Below, piece after piece: positions 1 to 11,859 of a DNA stretch of 64,000 nucleotides. The stretch spans positions 231,198,001 to 231,262,000 of the forward strand of contig OZ024741.1 in NCBI GenBank assembly GCA_964016885.1, in the 5' to 3' direction. The position numbers were made by a program, and so were the translations under genes. The notes beneath the pieces are model-generated. The model saw only the letters and a program-made list of their open reading frames with translations, was not told the origin of the DNA and ran no database searches. Source of the stretch: Eledone cirrhosa (Eukaryota). Every line of letters begins with the position of its first letter. Position 1 is the first letter of the stretch.

Positions 1-2449
1 AGAGAGATGAGGCACCTTTTTACCTTCCGTTCCCTAAACCCAAGCCAGCTGGAGCGTATTAGGAAGCGCATATCGAACTTTTTTAAGCAACACGGCTTTT
101 CCTTGACGATAGACCCTAGCACGAAGACGGTAAATTTCCTGGACGTTACCCTGGAAATGAATACGGGCATACGCCGACCTTATCACAGGCCCAATGAGAA
201 CCTGCAATAAGTGAACAGGCAATCGAACCACTCTAAGTCAGTCATAGAAGCAATAGTTAAAGGGGTATCCAAACGCCTATCCTCCCTGCCGGCCAACGCC
301 GACGTATTCAACCAGCACGCCGACTATTATAATGAGGCACTGCGCAGGGCCGGTTACACAGAAACCATAGTGTACACCACGGACAGGGGAGTGACGATCG
401 CCGAGGCATGCGGATACGAACATAGCAGTATACATCCATAGGTAGACGGAACGACCCGGAACTAGCTTTCAGGAAAGCGAGTAGCAGCATAGATCACCAC
501 AAGGACATAAGACCGACAATAAGACAGACGAAGACACACACAGGTGCCAGACCACCCAGTAGACGTAGACAGAAGCCCGGCACGCGCACCACATGCGTCG
601 CGGAAACTAGTACTAGGGACAGGTTAAGGACAGGTACGGCTGTGGAACCTGGTAGAGGGAACAACCGGCCCTGTAGCAATGACCTAGCCCTGACAACAGT
701 ACCACATAGCATTAACGAGACTAACAGTAGAGCCGACAATACAAAACGGAATAACTTAGTAAGAAAACGACGTAACCCCGACACCCACGGTAGACATATA
801 GATAGCGGCAACATCGTGGACGAAATAACGGGCAGGCAAAACTCGATACGGACACCTGGCCCAACATACATTCACACTAGACACACACGAAGGAACAAGA
901 CAAGGTCTAAGGCCGTTACTTGTTTTAACGCACCTTATTCTAAGCATGTATGCAGCAATGTACCAGGCCTATTCTTCCGAGAGTTGGACGAGTGCTTCCC
1001 GCCGTCGAACAGATACCACAAGATTTTCAACCACCACACGGTGAAGTTCTCCTTCTCCACCGCACCTAACATGGCAGACTACATGGCCAAAACCAAAGCG
1101 GCGAAGATGGGGAACCTCGACCGTCAACCGCGGTGGCCGAAGCACCGTCCATTGGAGCCCAAAGGGCCCATTGCAGACCGGTCTTCCAACTAAAACACGG
1201 CCCATGCGGCGACCGCCACGCCCGCGGAAGACGATACAATCCAATGCCGGGCAGAAATGAGTGGCGGAGAGGAGATCACTGTTTTGGCAGAACAACACCC
1301 TGAGAATCAGGAGAGCGCCGTGGCAGATCAAGGGCAAGGCGTCCGAAATGAACAGTATAACGACAGAACGTGCAACTGCGGAGTGGGCACACAGTGCCCT
1401 CTGCAGGGAAGAGGTGTAGCGAAGTGCCTGGTATATAAATGTGTGGTTAGCACGCATAATATAAAGTGCACCTACATCGGGGCAACATCCACGACCTTTA
1501 AATCGCGGATGTATAACCACACAAACTCTTTCAAGGACCGAGGCATTCTACTAGGCTGGCTGACCTGGTGTGGGACTTGAAAGTAAGGCACCCCGTATGC
1601 CCTAAACTGGAATATCGTTCGACACGCGAATGCATATTCGGTTGGAATAGAAAGTGTAGGCTATGCCTATCCGAGGCAATGGAGATAGTCAGACTGAAGG
1701 ATGATGCGGTCAACCTGAAATCGGAAATAATACTAACGTGCAGACACGAAAGAAGGTGCACACTCTCCGCATGGAATCCACCGGGCAGCCCAAACTAAAA
1801 GAATGCAGCGGAGCGCACGCCGACCAGAGCAGCGTAACGGGTTCAGGGGATCAGACACCATACCATGTTGACTATATATGCTCCGTGGGGAAAGACGAAA
1901 TAACCCAGGATGCCTACACGACTCTGCACGTCACCCTAGGCAAAAACATCGCCTGGGCCGGAACAGGCTGACCCGGATTCCATTGATACTCAGTCAAGTA
2001 CCTTACACCAATAAGACACTATACCTCAACCACAGTGACATACTCCAGTATGGCCGGTCCACGCACGAACCTGCATGTGTATCTTTTCAGTAGAGTGTGC
2101 ATACTCTCCAAGCATTCCTGTTTTTAACACCTAATGTATTTTCCATATGCAGACCCACGTGTGTATCTCATACTTCTCTTGTGTACTATCTCATATACAT
2201 ACACGTTCTCTCTTTTTTTATATATATTCTGCACGCATTTTCTATGTACGGTCTGCGCATACTATTTACTGTAATACCATGAACGCACATTATGTGGCTT
2301 TGAGTGAAGATTCCATACGTGGATTGATCCATGTTCGCAACATAACAACACCTCTGTAGGCACATATAACAAGGTGCACCCTTTCATGTATAGCCCACTG
2401 TGTATATTTGAGCCGTTATATGTACATCTTTTTATATATTTTTATATTT

Positions 2450-2465
<16 letters not shown>
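1..2465 (+). mobile_element. Penelope-like retroelement (GIY-YIG PLE, probably Nematis/Neptune type), 3' portion, degenerate; 5' end lies outside the window
   Basis: RT C-terminus VNFLDVTLEMNTG..RPYHRPN..NRQSNH..KRLSSL (7-441). Linker TCFNAPYSKHVCSNV..FPPSNRYHKIFNHHTVKFSFSTAPNM. CNC..CPLQG motif. GIY-YIG-like LVYKC..TYIGATSTTFKSRMYNHTNSF and KCRLCLSE..NLKSEI..CRH. Interrupted by stops and frameshifts. Confidence 0.85.
1846..2465 (+). repeat. Direct repeat copy 1 (~620 bp; PLE 3' region/pseudo-LTR)
   Basis: Near-identical to 3256-3870, starting GGGATCAGACACCATAC; the ORF track shows duplicated peptides (IPLILSQVPYTNKTLYLNHSDILQYGRSTH and MHTLQAFLFLTPNVFSICR). Confidence 0.9.
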
Positions 2466-2480
<15 letters not shown>

Positions 2481-2489
2481 TGTTATACT

Positions 2490-3255
2490 TTGGGAGGGTC
2501 ATGTTGCCAATAAGAAACAGAAGCACCAGTTGCTTCACTTCAATTTATTATAATAAATTTATAAATTTAGGAATTTATAAATTTCCGGTTGGTTGGTTGG
2601 TTCCACAACCAGATGATTGTTTATAAACAATGTTCACGATTACTGGTGATACTGACGCGTAGTAATTCGCTATGTCTAATTAAATAAAATTTACCTGCAG
2701 TTTGCTCTCTATTAGCAAGAACCAGTCAATTACCTCCTTGGTGGCGATCCATAAGCTAAGCCAAGTTTTGTTCCTAAGTACCGGTAGTATCCTGTCTATG
2801 ATATTCTTGCTGGTCCTACCTATGTCTGATTTGGAGGGTGCTATTAGCCTAACAGTTAGATTAGTTCTAATGTCTAATTCATGATCCTTAATGGATATCC
2901 GTGGTTTTCTGGGTACATATTGTTCTGTACTATAATCTATTCCTAGCCCAGTCATTATTTTTTATCTCGTGGCGTTAATGTTATCTAAGTTGTCCTGTCC
3001 TGTGGTTCTGTAGTTTTTCCTAACCTCTTTCCCGATGCAGTAGTTATATGTAAATCGGTCAAGCATCTATACATGACCGGTCTTGTCTGAGGGCACTAGT
3101 AAATCCGGGCATTCTTCCATGCTTTTGATTGTAGAGCTCAATCTCCGGAGGTAATCAGTATGTGGTGTATTATTCCTTCGGAATTTGATGTTCCGGACGA
3201 TGCTGATGATACGGTTTTCAAATTCTTCCAGCTGTGCGTTATGCGGTGGGATCAA
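2490..3255 (-). mobile_element. Inverted PLE reverse-transcriptase N-terminal fragment with a PLE-type tail
   Basis: Minus ORFs LEEFENRIISIVRNIKFR..LLVPSDKTG and KPRISIKDHE..VRLIAPSKSDIGRTSKNIIDRI..LWIATKEVIDWF are typical of PLE RT upstream motifs. Reverse of 2520-2610 resembles the PLE tail at 31590-31650. Confidence 0.75.
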
Positions 3256-4261
3256 GGGATCAGACACCATACCCGGTTGACTATATATGCTCCGTGGGGC
3301 AAGCCGAACTAGCCCAGGATGCCTACCCGTCTCTGCACGTCACCCTAAGCAAAGACATCGCCTGGGCCGAGACAGGCTGACCCGGAATCCATTGATACTC
3401 AGTCAAGTGCCTTACACCAATAAGACACTATACCTCAACCACAGTGACATACTCCAGTATGGCCGGTCCACGCACGCACCTGCATGTGTATCTTTTCAGT
3501 AGAGTGTGCATACTCTCCAAGCGTTCCTGTTTTTAACACCTAATGTATTTTCCATATGCAGATCCACGTGTGTATCTCATACTTCTCTTGTGTACTATCT
3601 CATATACATACACGTTCTCTCTTTTTTTATATATATTCTGCACGCATTTTCTATGTACGGTCTGCGCATACTATTTACTGTAATACCATGAACGTACATT
3701 ATGTGGCTTTGCATGAAGATTCCATACGTGGATAGATCCATGTTCGCAACATAACAACACCTCTGTAGGCACATATAACATGTTGCACCCTTTCATGTAT
3801 AGCCCACTGTGTATATTTATGTACCGTTATATGTATATTTTTTAAATATATTTTTATATTTTATATATATATATATGTGTGTCTGTGTGTATGTGTTGTA
3901 CAAGCACTCCTGTAGGGAAAGGGCTTGTTTGTGTGTATATATATGTGTTTGCGAGCGAGTGTGTATCTGTGTGTGTATATATGTATATGCGTACGAGTAT
4001 ATATATGTGTGTGCGTGGGTGGAAGGGGGGTGTATATGTATGTGCTTGTATCTGTGTACGGGTATATATGCGCGTATGCATGTGTATGCACATGTGTGTT
4101 TGTAAACTGATGTATATAGGCATGTGGGCATGTGTCTGTGCATGTACGTGCCTCTCTGGATGCATGTCCGCGTATCTTTATATGTTCTCCTTAAATGTAT
4201 GTCTATAGCGGGCGTCTTCTATGCGTACGACTGTCATTATCTATGTGATTGTGTGTGTGTT

Positions 4262-4339
<78 letters not shown>

Positions 4340-4720
4340 TGTGTGTGTGTGTGTGCGCGCGTGGACGTGTGAACTACGAAACACAGCAGTAATTCATTGA
4401 AGTGTAGCAGACATGGGACAGCTAACGCCCTGATGGTTAGCAGACTGGTACATGTGGTCAGAATTATGATGACGTAGACAACCACCATCCAATCACCGGA
4501 CGCGCGAAGTGGATGAAACTTTTGACGGTACTGGCCTAGAGGGTCAGATACCCCAGTGAGAGATTATGCTCCGAAATCATTAGACGTGTCCATCGAATCT
4601 GCGGGTCCAGAATCAGAGCGGACCACACAATGATCGCGTCTCGAGCTGTCCGCCGGCGAAACAGTTGTAACACACAATAAATTGAGTTCAGATGCATCAC
4701 TGATTTTTCGTTTTCTATTA
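3256..4720 (+). mobile_element. Second PLE 3' region (direct repeat copy 2 at 3256-3870) continuing through (TG)n-rich sequence to a probable terminus
   Basis: Repeat of 1846-2465, then GAAAC-AGTT-GTA and AATAAA near 4658-4681. Confidence 0.6.
4265..4354. repeat. (TG)n microsatellite
   Basis: Direct observation. Confidence 0.95.
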
Positions 4721-4824
4721 TATGTATGTATATATATAGATTAGTATATAAATATAAACTTTGTATATATATATATATATATATCGTTATATTTGAGGAG
4801 CGTCACATTGTTGTAAGATTGCCA

Positions 4825-4930
4825 GAAATAATAACTGTTTCTACTTTAGGCACAAGGCCAGCAATTACTCAGTGCATTACTGGTACTTTATTTTATCGAC
4901 CCCGTAAGGATGAAAGGCAAAGTGAATTGC
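4825..4930 (-). mobile_element. Truncated SINE (cephalopod-type tRNA-derived family), 3' half
   Basis: Carries TTTCTACTTTAGGCACAAGGCCAG and TCGACCCCGTAAGGATGAAAGGCAAAG shared with the other copies. Confidence 0.7.
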
Positions 4931-5346
4931 CAGAAATAATAACAGAACACAGTCACTTTTTGCTTGGCCCTATCGAAATCTTTCGTTTGATCAAACTTGA
5001 TCACAGCCCCGCCGAAAACAGGTTTCATCGCTTCACTGTATATAATATATTCTATGAGGTGGATACCATCCAAACCTGGTGATTTGCGCCTCGTACAACC
5101 GATCGGGGCATATCAAAGTTTGGCTGATGTCATCGGCCCTTCGCATCACTCTGCATAAGCCGTTGCGAGTTGCATCAGGCCGTCTAGGTAGTAACTGAAA
5201 TAAGCTACCCCCTCAGTTACCACGATCCCCACGGCAGCCGGGCAAAATGCTAGCCAAATGTCACACACAAATATAAAAACTATATGAGTGTTTCACGGAA
5301 GAGCAAAGTGTTTGCTTTCATCCATTTCCATTTTTTTACACCATAG

Positions 5347-5408
5347 AACTGTTTTAGCTATGGCCACCAAGTATATAAAATTTGCCTATTCAACCCGATT
5401 ACAGGAAG
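5347..5408 (+). CDS. Candidate short upstream exon (62 bp) of the EGF-repeat gene
   Basis: Pyrimidine tract + CATAG acceptor, open frame TVLAMATKYIKFAYSTRLQE, AAG|GTGCGT donor ending in phase 1, compatible with the EGF exons. No recognised homology. Confidence 0.25.
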
Positions 5409-6280
5409 GTGCGTTTGGTGATTTTATGTTTGATTCAGTTCATAGTCGGATCCATCCCAAACATCGCAGCAGATGTTCGACTGTTCTCGGGAAGAGACCT
5501 TGAACACTCTGACGTAAGTAAAATTGGACTGTGCTGAATGTCTTTGATAACTGAAGTGAACTGTTCGTAGAGAGTGTATATGGAGTCTCGTAGTGTCTCA
5601 TTTGTATTTCGAAATTACGCCTGGTGAATACATCGGTTTTACCTTCGTTCGTACACATATACACAAGTGACACTCCATTATAACATCGATATAAGCCAAA
5701 CGTTCAGCATTGCTTGGAATGATTGCGCACAGAACGATTTCATCAGCCTGCACGCACGTATGTATGACAGGCTCGACTTACGGAAAAACTACGCCAGAGG
5801 TTCATGGTACACAGCCATCTACTTTGGCCATAAAATTTCCCGGATAGTGGCTAATTGCTTGTCTTCAACTGTCAAGTTCTCCCCAAGTATGGCGTCACTT
5901 TTCCTCACTCCAATCGGCTATATATCACCAAATCCCATGTTCCACACTCACTCTCAATATATACAGATATAACTTTATCGTACACTACAGCTACTAAGTG
6001 CACTTCTCAATAAAAAAACAATTGAGAACAAGAGAGAGGGGGGGGGGAGATGGGGAGAGAGAGAGAAGAAGAAGGGAGACAATAGGATATTGATACACGG
6101 ATAAATAGATGAAAATAACGTGTGATAAAAGAATATAGGAATACTTCCAGGAATTTGCGTCTGTAAGAATGTAAATCGCACGGAATAAAATGGGAGAAGA
6201 GGTTTGCATATATACTTCATTGTGAAAGTATGAAAAAACCAATGAGTGTATCTGCATTAAACAATGCTTATATTTGTAAA

Positions 6281-7229
6281 CTAGCAGCAGTACCCAGCGT
6301 TGCCTGGGACGGTAAAATAATATCTGCTTTGATGAAAAGGCGTTGATCTTAGCGACTGCTTCTCGATGACTCATCTATGGCCACACACAGGCCATGCGGG
6401 GGAGGGTGGTGATGACCTCTGTCACTGAGAAACGTTGGTGACTGGCGAAGGAGCATGCTAGGGGAGGGAGGTAATGATCTGTAACACTAAGCCAAATTTC
6501 CTCACGCTACTTTATTGGAAACCGATGAATTCTCAAATACACAACTAAAAGCTCAGACGATGTCAGTGGCCATCATTTTGCTTTTGACCATCTATAAGAT
6601 GTGCAATGATAGGTTCTATCGTAGTATAAAAGTTGAACCAAATAAATTGATTTATGTGTGAGGTGGAGCCGAAGTTTCGAATTTGAACGAAATCGGTTGA
6701 AAAATGTGGGATCTAGATCCGAAAAGGCGGAAATTTGAGGAAAAAGGTGGTATTTTCGAATATTTAAGCGGCTTCCACGCCGTTCCTGAACAAAAAATCG
6801 TGAAATAATCAGATCTAGCGTAGTGTAAGATTTGAGCAAAGTAGGTTGATTAATGTGGGGGCGAGAGCCGCAAAAGTGGAAATTTGAGTCTAAAAGTGGT
6901 ATTTTTGAATGTTTAAGCGGCTGCCCCGCCGTCCCTGAACAGCAAATGCAAAATATATAGCGATTACATGATGTGCAATTATAAATTCTACTTTGCCTTA
7001 AAATTTAAACGAAATCTCTGGCAAAATGTGGGAGCTAGAGCCAAACATCTTATTTTTCGATACCTAAAAATAGGTGACCCCCACTATTGAATTTTATCTG
7101 TAAAATGACCCCGGAATAAAAAAGAAACGATACGCTGATACATGAAAATCGGTCGTAAGATGTAGGCCCCTATAGGTAATACACAGACACAGACGCACAC
7201 ACACATACTTAATTTTATATATATACAGA
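6281..7229 (-). mobile_element. Non-autonomous Helitron
   Basis: On the minus strand it starts A|TC (7229) and ends CTAG|T (6281-6284). Subterminal hairpin CCCAG-6nt-CTGGG (6293-6308). AT insertion site without TSD. Internal degenerate tandem repeats at ~6700-7050. Confidence 0.8.
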
Positions 7230-10022
7230 TATACGTAGATCGGCATAATTTCTGTTTTATGCCCCTGATTGCTTCTTTACACCTTTTGTAATATATTTGA
7301 AGTGAGGCATTTTTAAATATCTAGTTATCAAATATGTTGATAGTGATGAAAAACGAGAACATTTTCGTTTACACACAAGCATGCGAATCATATATATATG
7401 TGTGTGTGTATGTGTGTGTGTGTTGTGTGTGTGTGTATGTCTGTCTGTCTGTGTTGTGTGTATGTGTGTGTGTGTTGTGTGTGCGTGTTCATCTTCCATG
7501 GAGTTCATCGGTCATGTCCAGCCTTCGCGTCCTCGGTTTTGCATCAGTGTCCTTCCTAAAGTCTCAGGCTGATAAATCATCCTCGAAGGCACGGGGGTAG
7601 TTGTCTAGTTAAGAGAAATTCTGCTGGATGCTACAATACATATTCCGCAGGTTCTTGGCACATAGAACCTCTCAAGCTTTCCCAGACGCTAAGATTGCTA
7701 AACCCATAGATGGGACACTAGAAGTTACTACCAAAGCAGACCAAAGCGGACATGAGAGAAATCGAGACTCAGAGCAAATATAGATGTGAATGGAGTTCCA
7801 CTGAATCAGGTTGTGAATTTCAATCCTCTCAGGTCCGTACCGACGAGTGATGGAAGGCAAGAGGTTGAATTATTTGCAAGATTTGCAGAAGCCGGGCAGT
7901 AATACGCAGGCTTCAGCATTTAGTAATCAGAACAACACTCATCTGCCCACTTCCACCTGAGTCAAATGACTAATATACAGAAGCCTCTTCTCAAAGTGAG
8001 GAATGGGGTCATCCGCAAAAAACAAATAGACAAAATAGCATCCAATTCTTGTCCAAGACGCACACAAATACTCACTCCAGAAAACAGAGAAACCATTCCC
8101 ACAACATATACAAGCATAACATCTATAACACCAAATTCACCCACTACACAACCGCCAACAAAGCCACCGCAACTACCAACAGCCTCCCCAGCACCACTAG
8201 CAGAATAAAAACACGCACTACGAAAAACAACTACACTAACGATTTCCCACATTTTATTTTAGCTTATATGTATTATATATTTAACATGGCAACATTTTTT
8301 AGCATTAATCCCCTATCTAATAACAGAATTGTAATTCTTATTTAATAACACAATCAGCTGTGAGAAATATTTATGGGAGTATTTAGGGCCATGTTTAATA
8401 ATAGAAGATGTTTGAGATTAAAACCTATAGTTACAATGTTCCATACGATAAACTTTCTATAGATTTTTCACATTGAATAATATTGATTGGAGAAAAAACT
8501 TTACACTTATAATTTCACTTCATGTTGTTCACATTTAAATCAACAACCAATGCAGAATATTAGTATTTTTAGTACGCCAAGCGATATGTTGTTAAACACA
8601 GTATAAGGCTACAGAAATGAAGAAAATATGTTTGTATGATGTAAACCCTCCAACCCACTAATTCTTTCCATATTACTCAATATATCCATGTCTGAAACAT
8701 CAAAACACGTTTCACAACTGAAAGTGACTTATGATATATCAACAGAATTTCCTATGACGATTCTAGATTACCCAAATATATTGATGGTTATATTCAGACA
8801 ACAGTAATATCAGAAGTACGAGGTTAAATTTAATATGTAAGGATATAGGTTGGAATGACACATAAAGCAAGAACCTTATAGAAATAGCAGTATTTTCTTC
8901 TTCGGTTGGCAGCCCCATTGAATAAAGGATAAAGGTGTATATTGCATAATATTTTCTAAAATAAACATTATTTGATCAGTGTTAACTGGCTACTAAATAA
9001 CATCAATCTTCAACTACAACACCATCCTTAAAAACACAAGCACCGAAACAAGAACAGATGAACAGATACATATACCAAACAAATCATTCTGGAAATATAT
9101 GCTATTATCTGTAAAAAGAAAGGGCATTAGATAATTGTGTCCTACATCATTGCATATATTACTCGAGGGAATGACGAATGTCCACATATGGAAAGTTTTT
9201 CTTCATTTGTCTTCCCTGTGTGGGTTGATAGGTGACTAAACATAAAAAATCACAGACCAAAATGATGAAAGATTTCAAATGAACAATGATACATGCAACG
9301 GAAAGAAATCTTATTTCATCCAAAATCACACATTGTACTCCTTTGCTATGAACCACAATAAAACAGACTTGGTAACGGTATATATACCACATGACAGGAT
9401 TTTTACACTGTAATTCATACACTGCATATACTTGTGGACAGGTACCCACTAGGTGCATATATATAATATCAGAAGCAATATAAGGTAAAGGTTTATATTA
9501 TTTATTCTTATGTTCCCCGACTGGTGAATGTTCATGTTCATTCAAATCAAAACTTGCGGGCTCTAATTACTGAGGGGTGTGGATGCTTTGGTGCAGCATG
9601 ATTGATATGGGAATGGTGTTACATATTGAATCATATACGAAATGGTCATGTAAATAAACATGAATTTTAGATATGGTACTCTCACCATTGGTCCTTTAGC
9701 AACCAAGTTAAAGCTACCTAACAGCCGTTTCTGATTTGTCAACCGTCTTCAGAGAGGCTTCTTCCACTCGAATACTAAAACGAAAATAAACTCAAGATCT
9801 ATATCGTGTATGCTTATGAGCATCGACTGATGATGTTCATTTTCATAGAGATCAAACGATAGTGAGCTTTAATTAATGAAAGTTAGTGATGCTTTATCAT
9901 AGCATCATTGATTCGTGATTGGGGTTGTATATTGAATCATGCCAGAAATGTTCATGTAAATAAACATATCATGTAAAGTAATATATAATTCAGGCCATGT
10001 CAATGCATCATTACCTCTCGTT

Positions 10023-10207
10023 GATTTGCAGTATCGGTAGAGGGTCTGACGCCATGCTTTGCAGCAAAGAATTACGGCCCTCTATGATCTGAGTTCAAAT
10101 CCCACCGAGGTTCACTTTCCCTTTCATCCTTACGGGGCCGATACAATTAAGTACGAGTAATACACTGGGATAGTTGCTGGCTTTGTGCCAAAAGTAGAAA
10201 CAGTTAA
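10023..10207 (+). mobile_element. tRNA-derived SINE, near full length
   Basis: B-box-like GAGTTCAAATCCC, core TTTCATCCTTACGGGG, tail GTGCCAAAAGTAGAAAC. Absent at the paralogous site near 18560. Confidence 0.8.
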
Positions 10208-10329
10208 TTAGAGTCAACCAGCATTTGTGCTGTATGCAACTGTGATTCATCTGTCAATGTATAGTCTCATTTGGTTGCTAATAGTTGAGTGGTGTCAGCT
10301 AATACTTCTGAAATGATACCATTATTTGG

Positions 10330-10485
10330 TCGGACGCCAAGCTCTCCAGCATAGTGTTACGTCCCATTACGGACTGAGTTCAAATCCCACCGAGTTCAAC
10401 TTTCAACCTTACGGGGTCGATATAAATAAAGTACCAGTAATGTACTATATATTTGCTGGAATTGTACCAAAAGTAGAAACAATAT
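10330..10485 (+). mobile_element. tRNA-derived SINE, degenerate
   Basis: GAGTTCAAATCCCACCGAG, CCTTACGGGGTCGATA and CCAAAAGTAGAAAC. Confidence 0.7.
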
Positions 10486-10616
10486 TTAATGACATGAGCA
10501 TTATGTATATGATTCATCTGACAGCACGAGTCATTCAATAATTAAAATGTTTGGTATCTTTATATTTAATAATATCTCTTTACAGCGTGAATTATTAACA
10601 TTATAATATTTTTCTG

Positions 10617-10751
10617 AATACAGCCCGGGAACTTATAAAAATGCATGAAAAAAGAAATGCAATCGTCGAAATAATGACGTCTGCAAACGAGCCACTGGAC
10701 TATGCCCAAATGGATGCCCAGTTGGCGACAGATTGTCCGCTTGTCTAACAC
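10617..10751 (+). pseudogene. Pseudoexon of EGF-like type A module (135 bp)
   Basis: Paralog of 11199-11333. Acceptor CAG mutated to CTG. Reads (E)YSPGTYKNA*KKKCNRRNNDVCKRATGLCPNGCPVGDRLSACLT with an in-frame TGA and three of eight Cys lost. Donor GTTGGT retained. Confidence 0.85.
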
Positions 10752-10892
10752 GTTGGTCAGATTTAGTATCTATTTGGCATGACTGTGCATTGTAAAATCT
10801 ATTCTTCGTAGTTATATATACTAAATTGAGAGAAAATAAAATGTACTAACATTTTCGGTAGTAAACATTTGAAAGAAAGTGATTATAAATAT

Positions 10893-11085
10893 GATTTCTA
10901 GTATAGGGACAAGGCCAGTAATTGGGGGGGGGGGTTCGATTAAATCATCCTCAGTACGTTACTGGTGCTTCATTTTATCGACCCCGTAAGGATGAAAGGC
11001 AAAGTTAAACTCGGTGGGATTTGAACTCAGACTGTAAAGGACTGTAACTGTACAGTGTACAGCATGGTTTCCGTCTCTCTACCGG
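10893..11085 (-). mobile_element. tRNA-derived SINE
   Basis: TCGACCCCGTAAGGATGAAAGGCAAAG..GGGATTTGAACTCAG; same position relative to the exon as the copy at 19125-19340. Confidence 0.75.
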
Positions 11086-11198
11086 TGAGCATTTTATATA
11101 TGATTCAACATACAGCAGTAGTCATGCAATAATTAAAATGTTTGGTATCTTCACATTTAATAATATATTTTTACAGCGTGGATTATTATTTTTTTCAG

Positions 11199-11333
11199 AA
11201 TGCATCCCGGGAACCTATGGCAACGAATGTAAAACGAAATGTAATTGTCTAAATAAAGACGTCTGCGACCGAATCACAGGAGTATGCCCAAATGGATGCC
11301 CAATTGGCTATATACCAGACACTTGTCAAGATG
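11199..11333 (+). CDS. Exon, EGF-like module type A (135 bp, phase 1-1) of a MEGF10/11-like multi-EGF protein
   Basis: TTTTTCAG| acceptor and |GTTAGT donor. (E)CIPGTYGNECKTKCNCLNKDVCDRITGVCPNGCPIGYIPDTCQD, 8 Cys. Confidence 0.9.
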
Positions 11334-11859
11334 GTTAGTAACATTTAGTGTCTCTTTGGCATGATTGTCTGTTGTAAAATCTGTTCTTCGTAGTTATATA
11401 TACTAAATTGAGAGAAAAGAAAATGTACTAACATTTTCGGTTGTAAACCTTTCAAACGAAGTGATTATAAATATGATTTCATGTATAGGCTCAAGACCAG
11501 TTATTTGGCGGGAGTCCATTAAGATTCAGTATAATAATAACATTAGAAAAAGGAAAAAAGAAACGTCAAAGGCAATATCAGGTGTGTGTGTGTAGAATTG
11601 GGTCTCACAGGCTTGGCATAGGGGTATAGCTCGCATATAAAAATGATGTGTATATCAGTTGGTGGTTATAAATTGCCCTTGAACGGGAGAGAGGTGGAAA
11701 AAGTTGGTTCATGGCGGTAGAAGAACTCACTCGGGCGTCACTTATTCACAAATACACGAGGAACGAAATCCACAAATTACCCTACCCCATAGTTCCGTCC
11801 CTTTACGAGTTGGTATTTACCTCAATGATGGACTCTTCAACATGTACAACTGTAGCCGG

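Noticed and set aside
3809-4488. ORFs rich in CV/HT/YI dipeptides (also 7257-7600, 14124-14931, 21014-22286, 36223-36459, 39989-40314)
   Set aside because: Translations of (TG)n, (TA)n and (CT)n microsatellites, not proteins.
7500-8250. Possible LINE fragment (VVTSSVPS) and a Thr/Pro-rich ORF
   Set aside because: Too degenerate to assign; no splice or motif support.
9820-9870. CTGATGA hammerhead-like start (paralog at 18366)
   Set aside because: GAAA box is absent (CAAAC/TAAAC) and no convincing stems form.
10085-10110. GAGTTCAAATCCC as a tRNA gene
   Set aside because: B-box of a SINE head; no cloverleaf, and it is followed by the SINE body.
10643-10649. In-frame TGA at a Cys position read as selenocysteine
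   Set aside because: Accompanied by acceptor loss and other Cys losses, so pseudogenisation is the simpler explanation.
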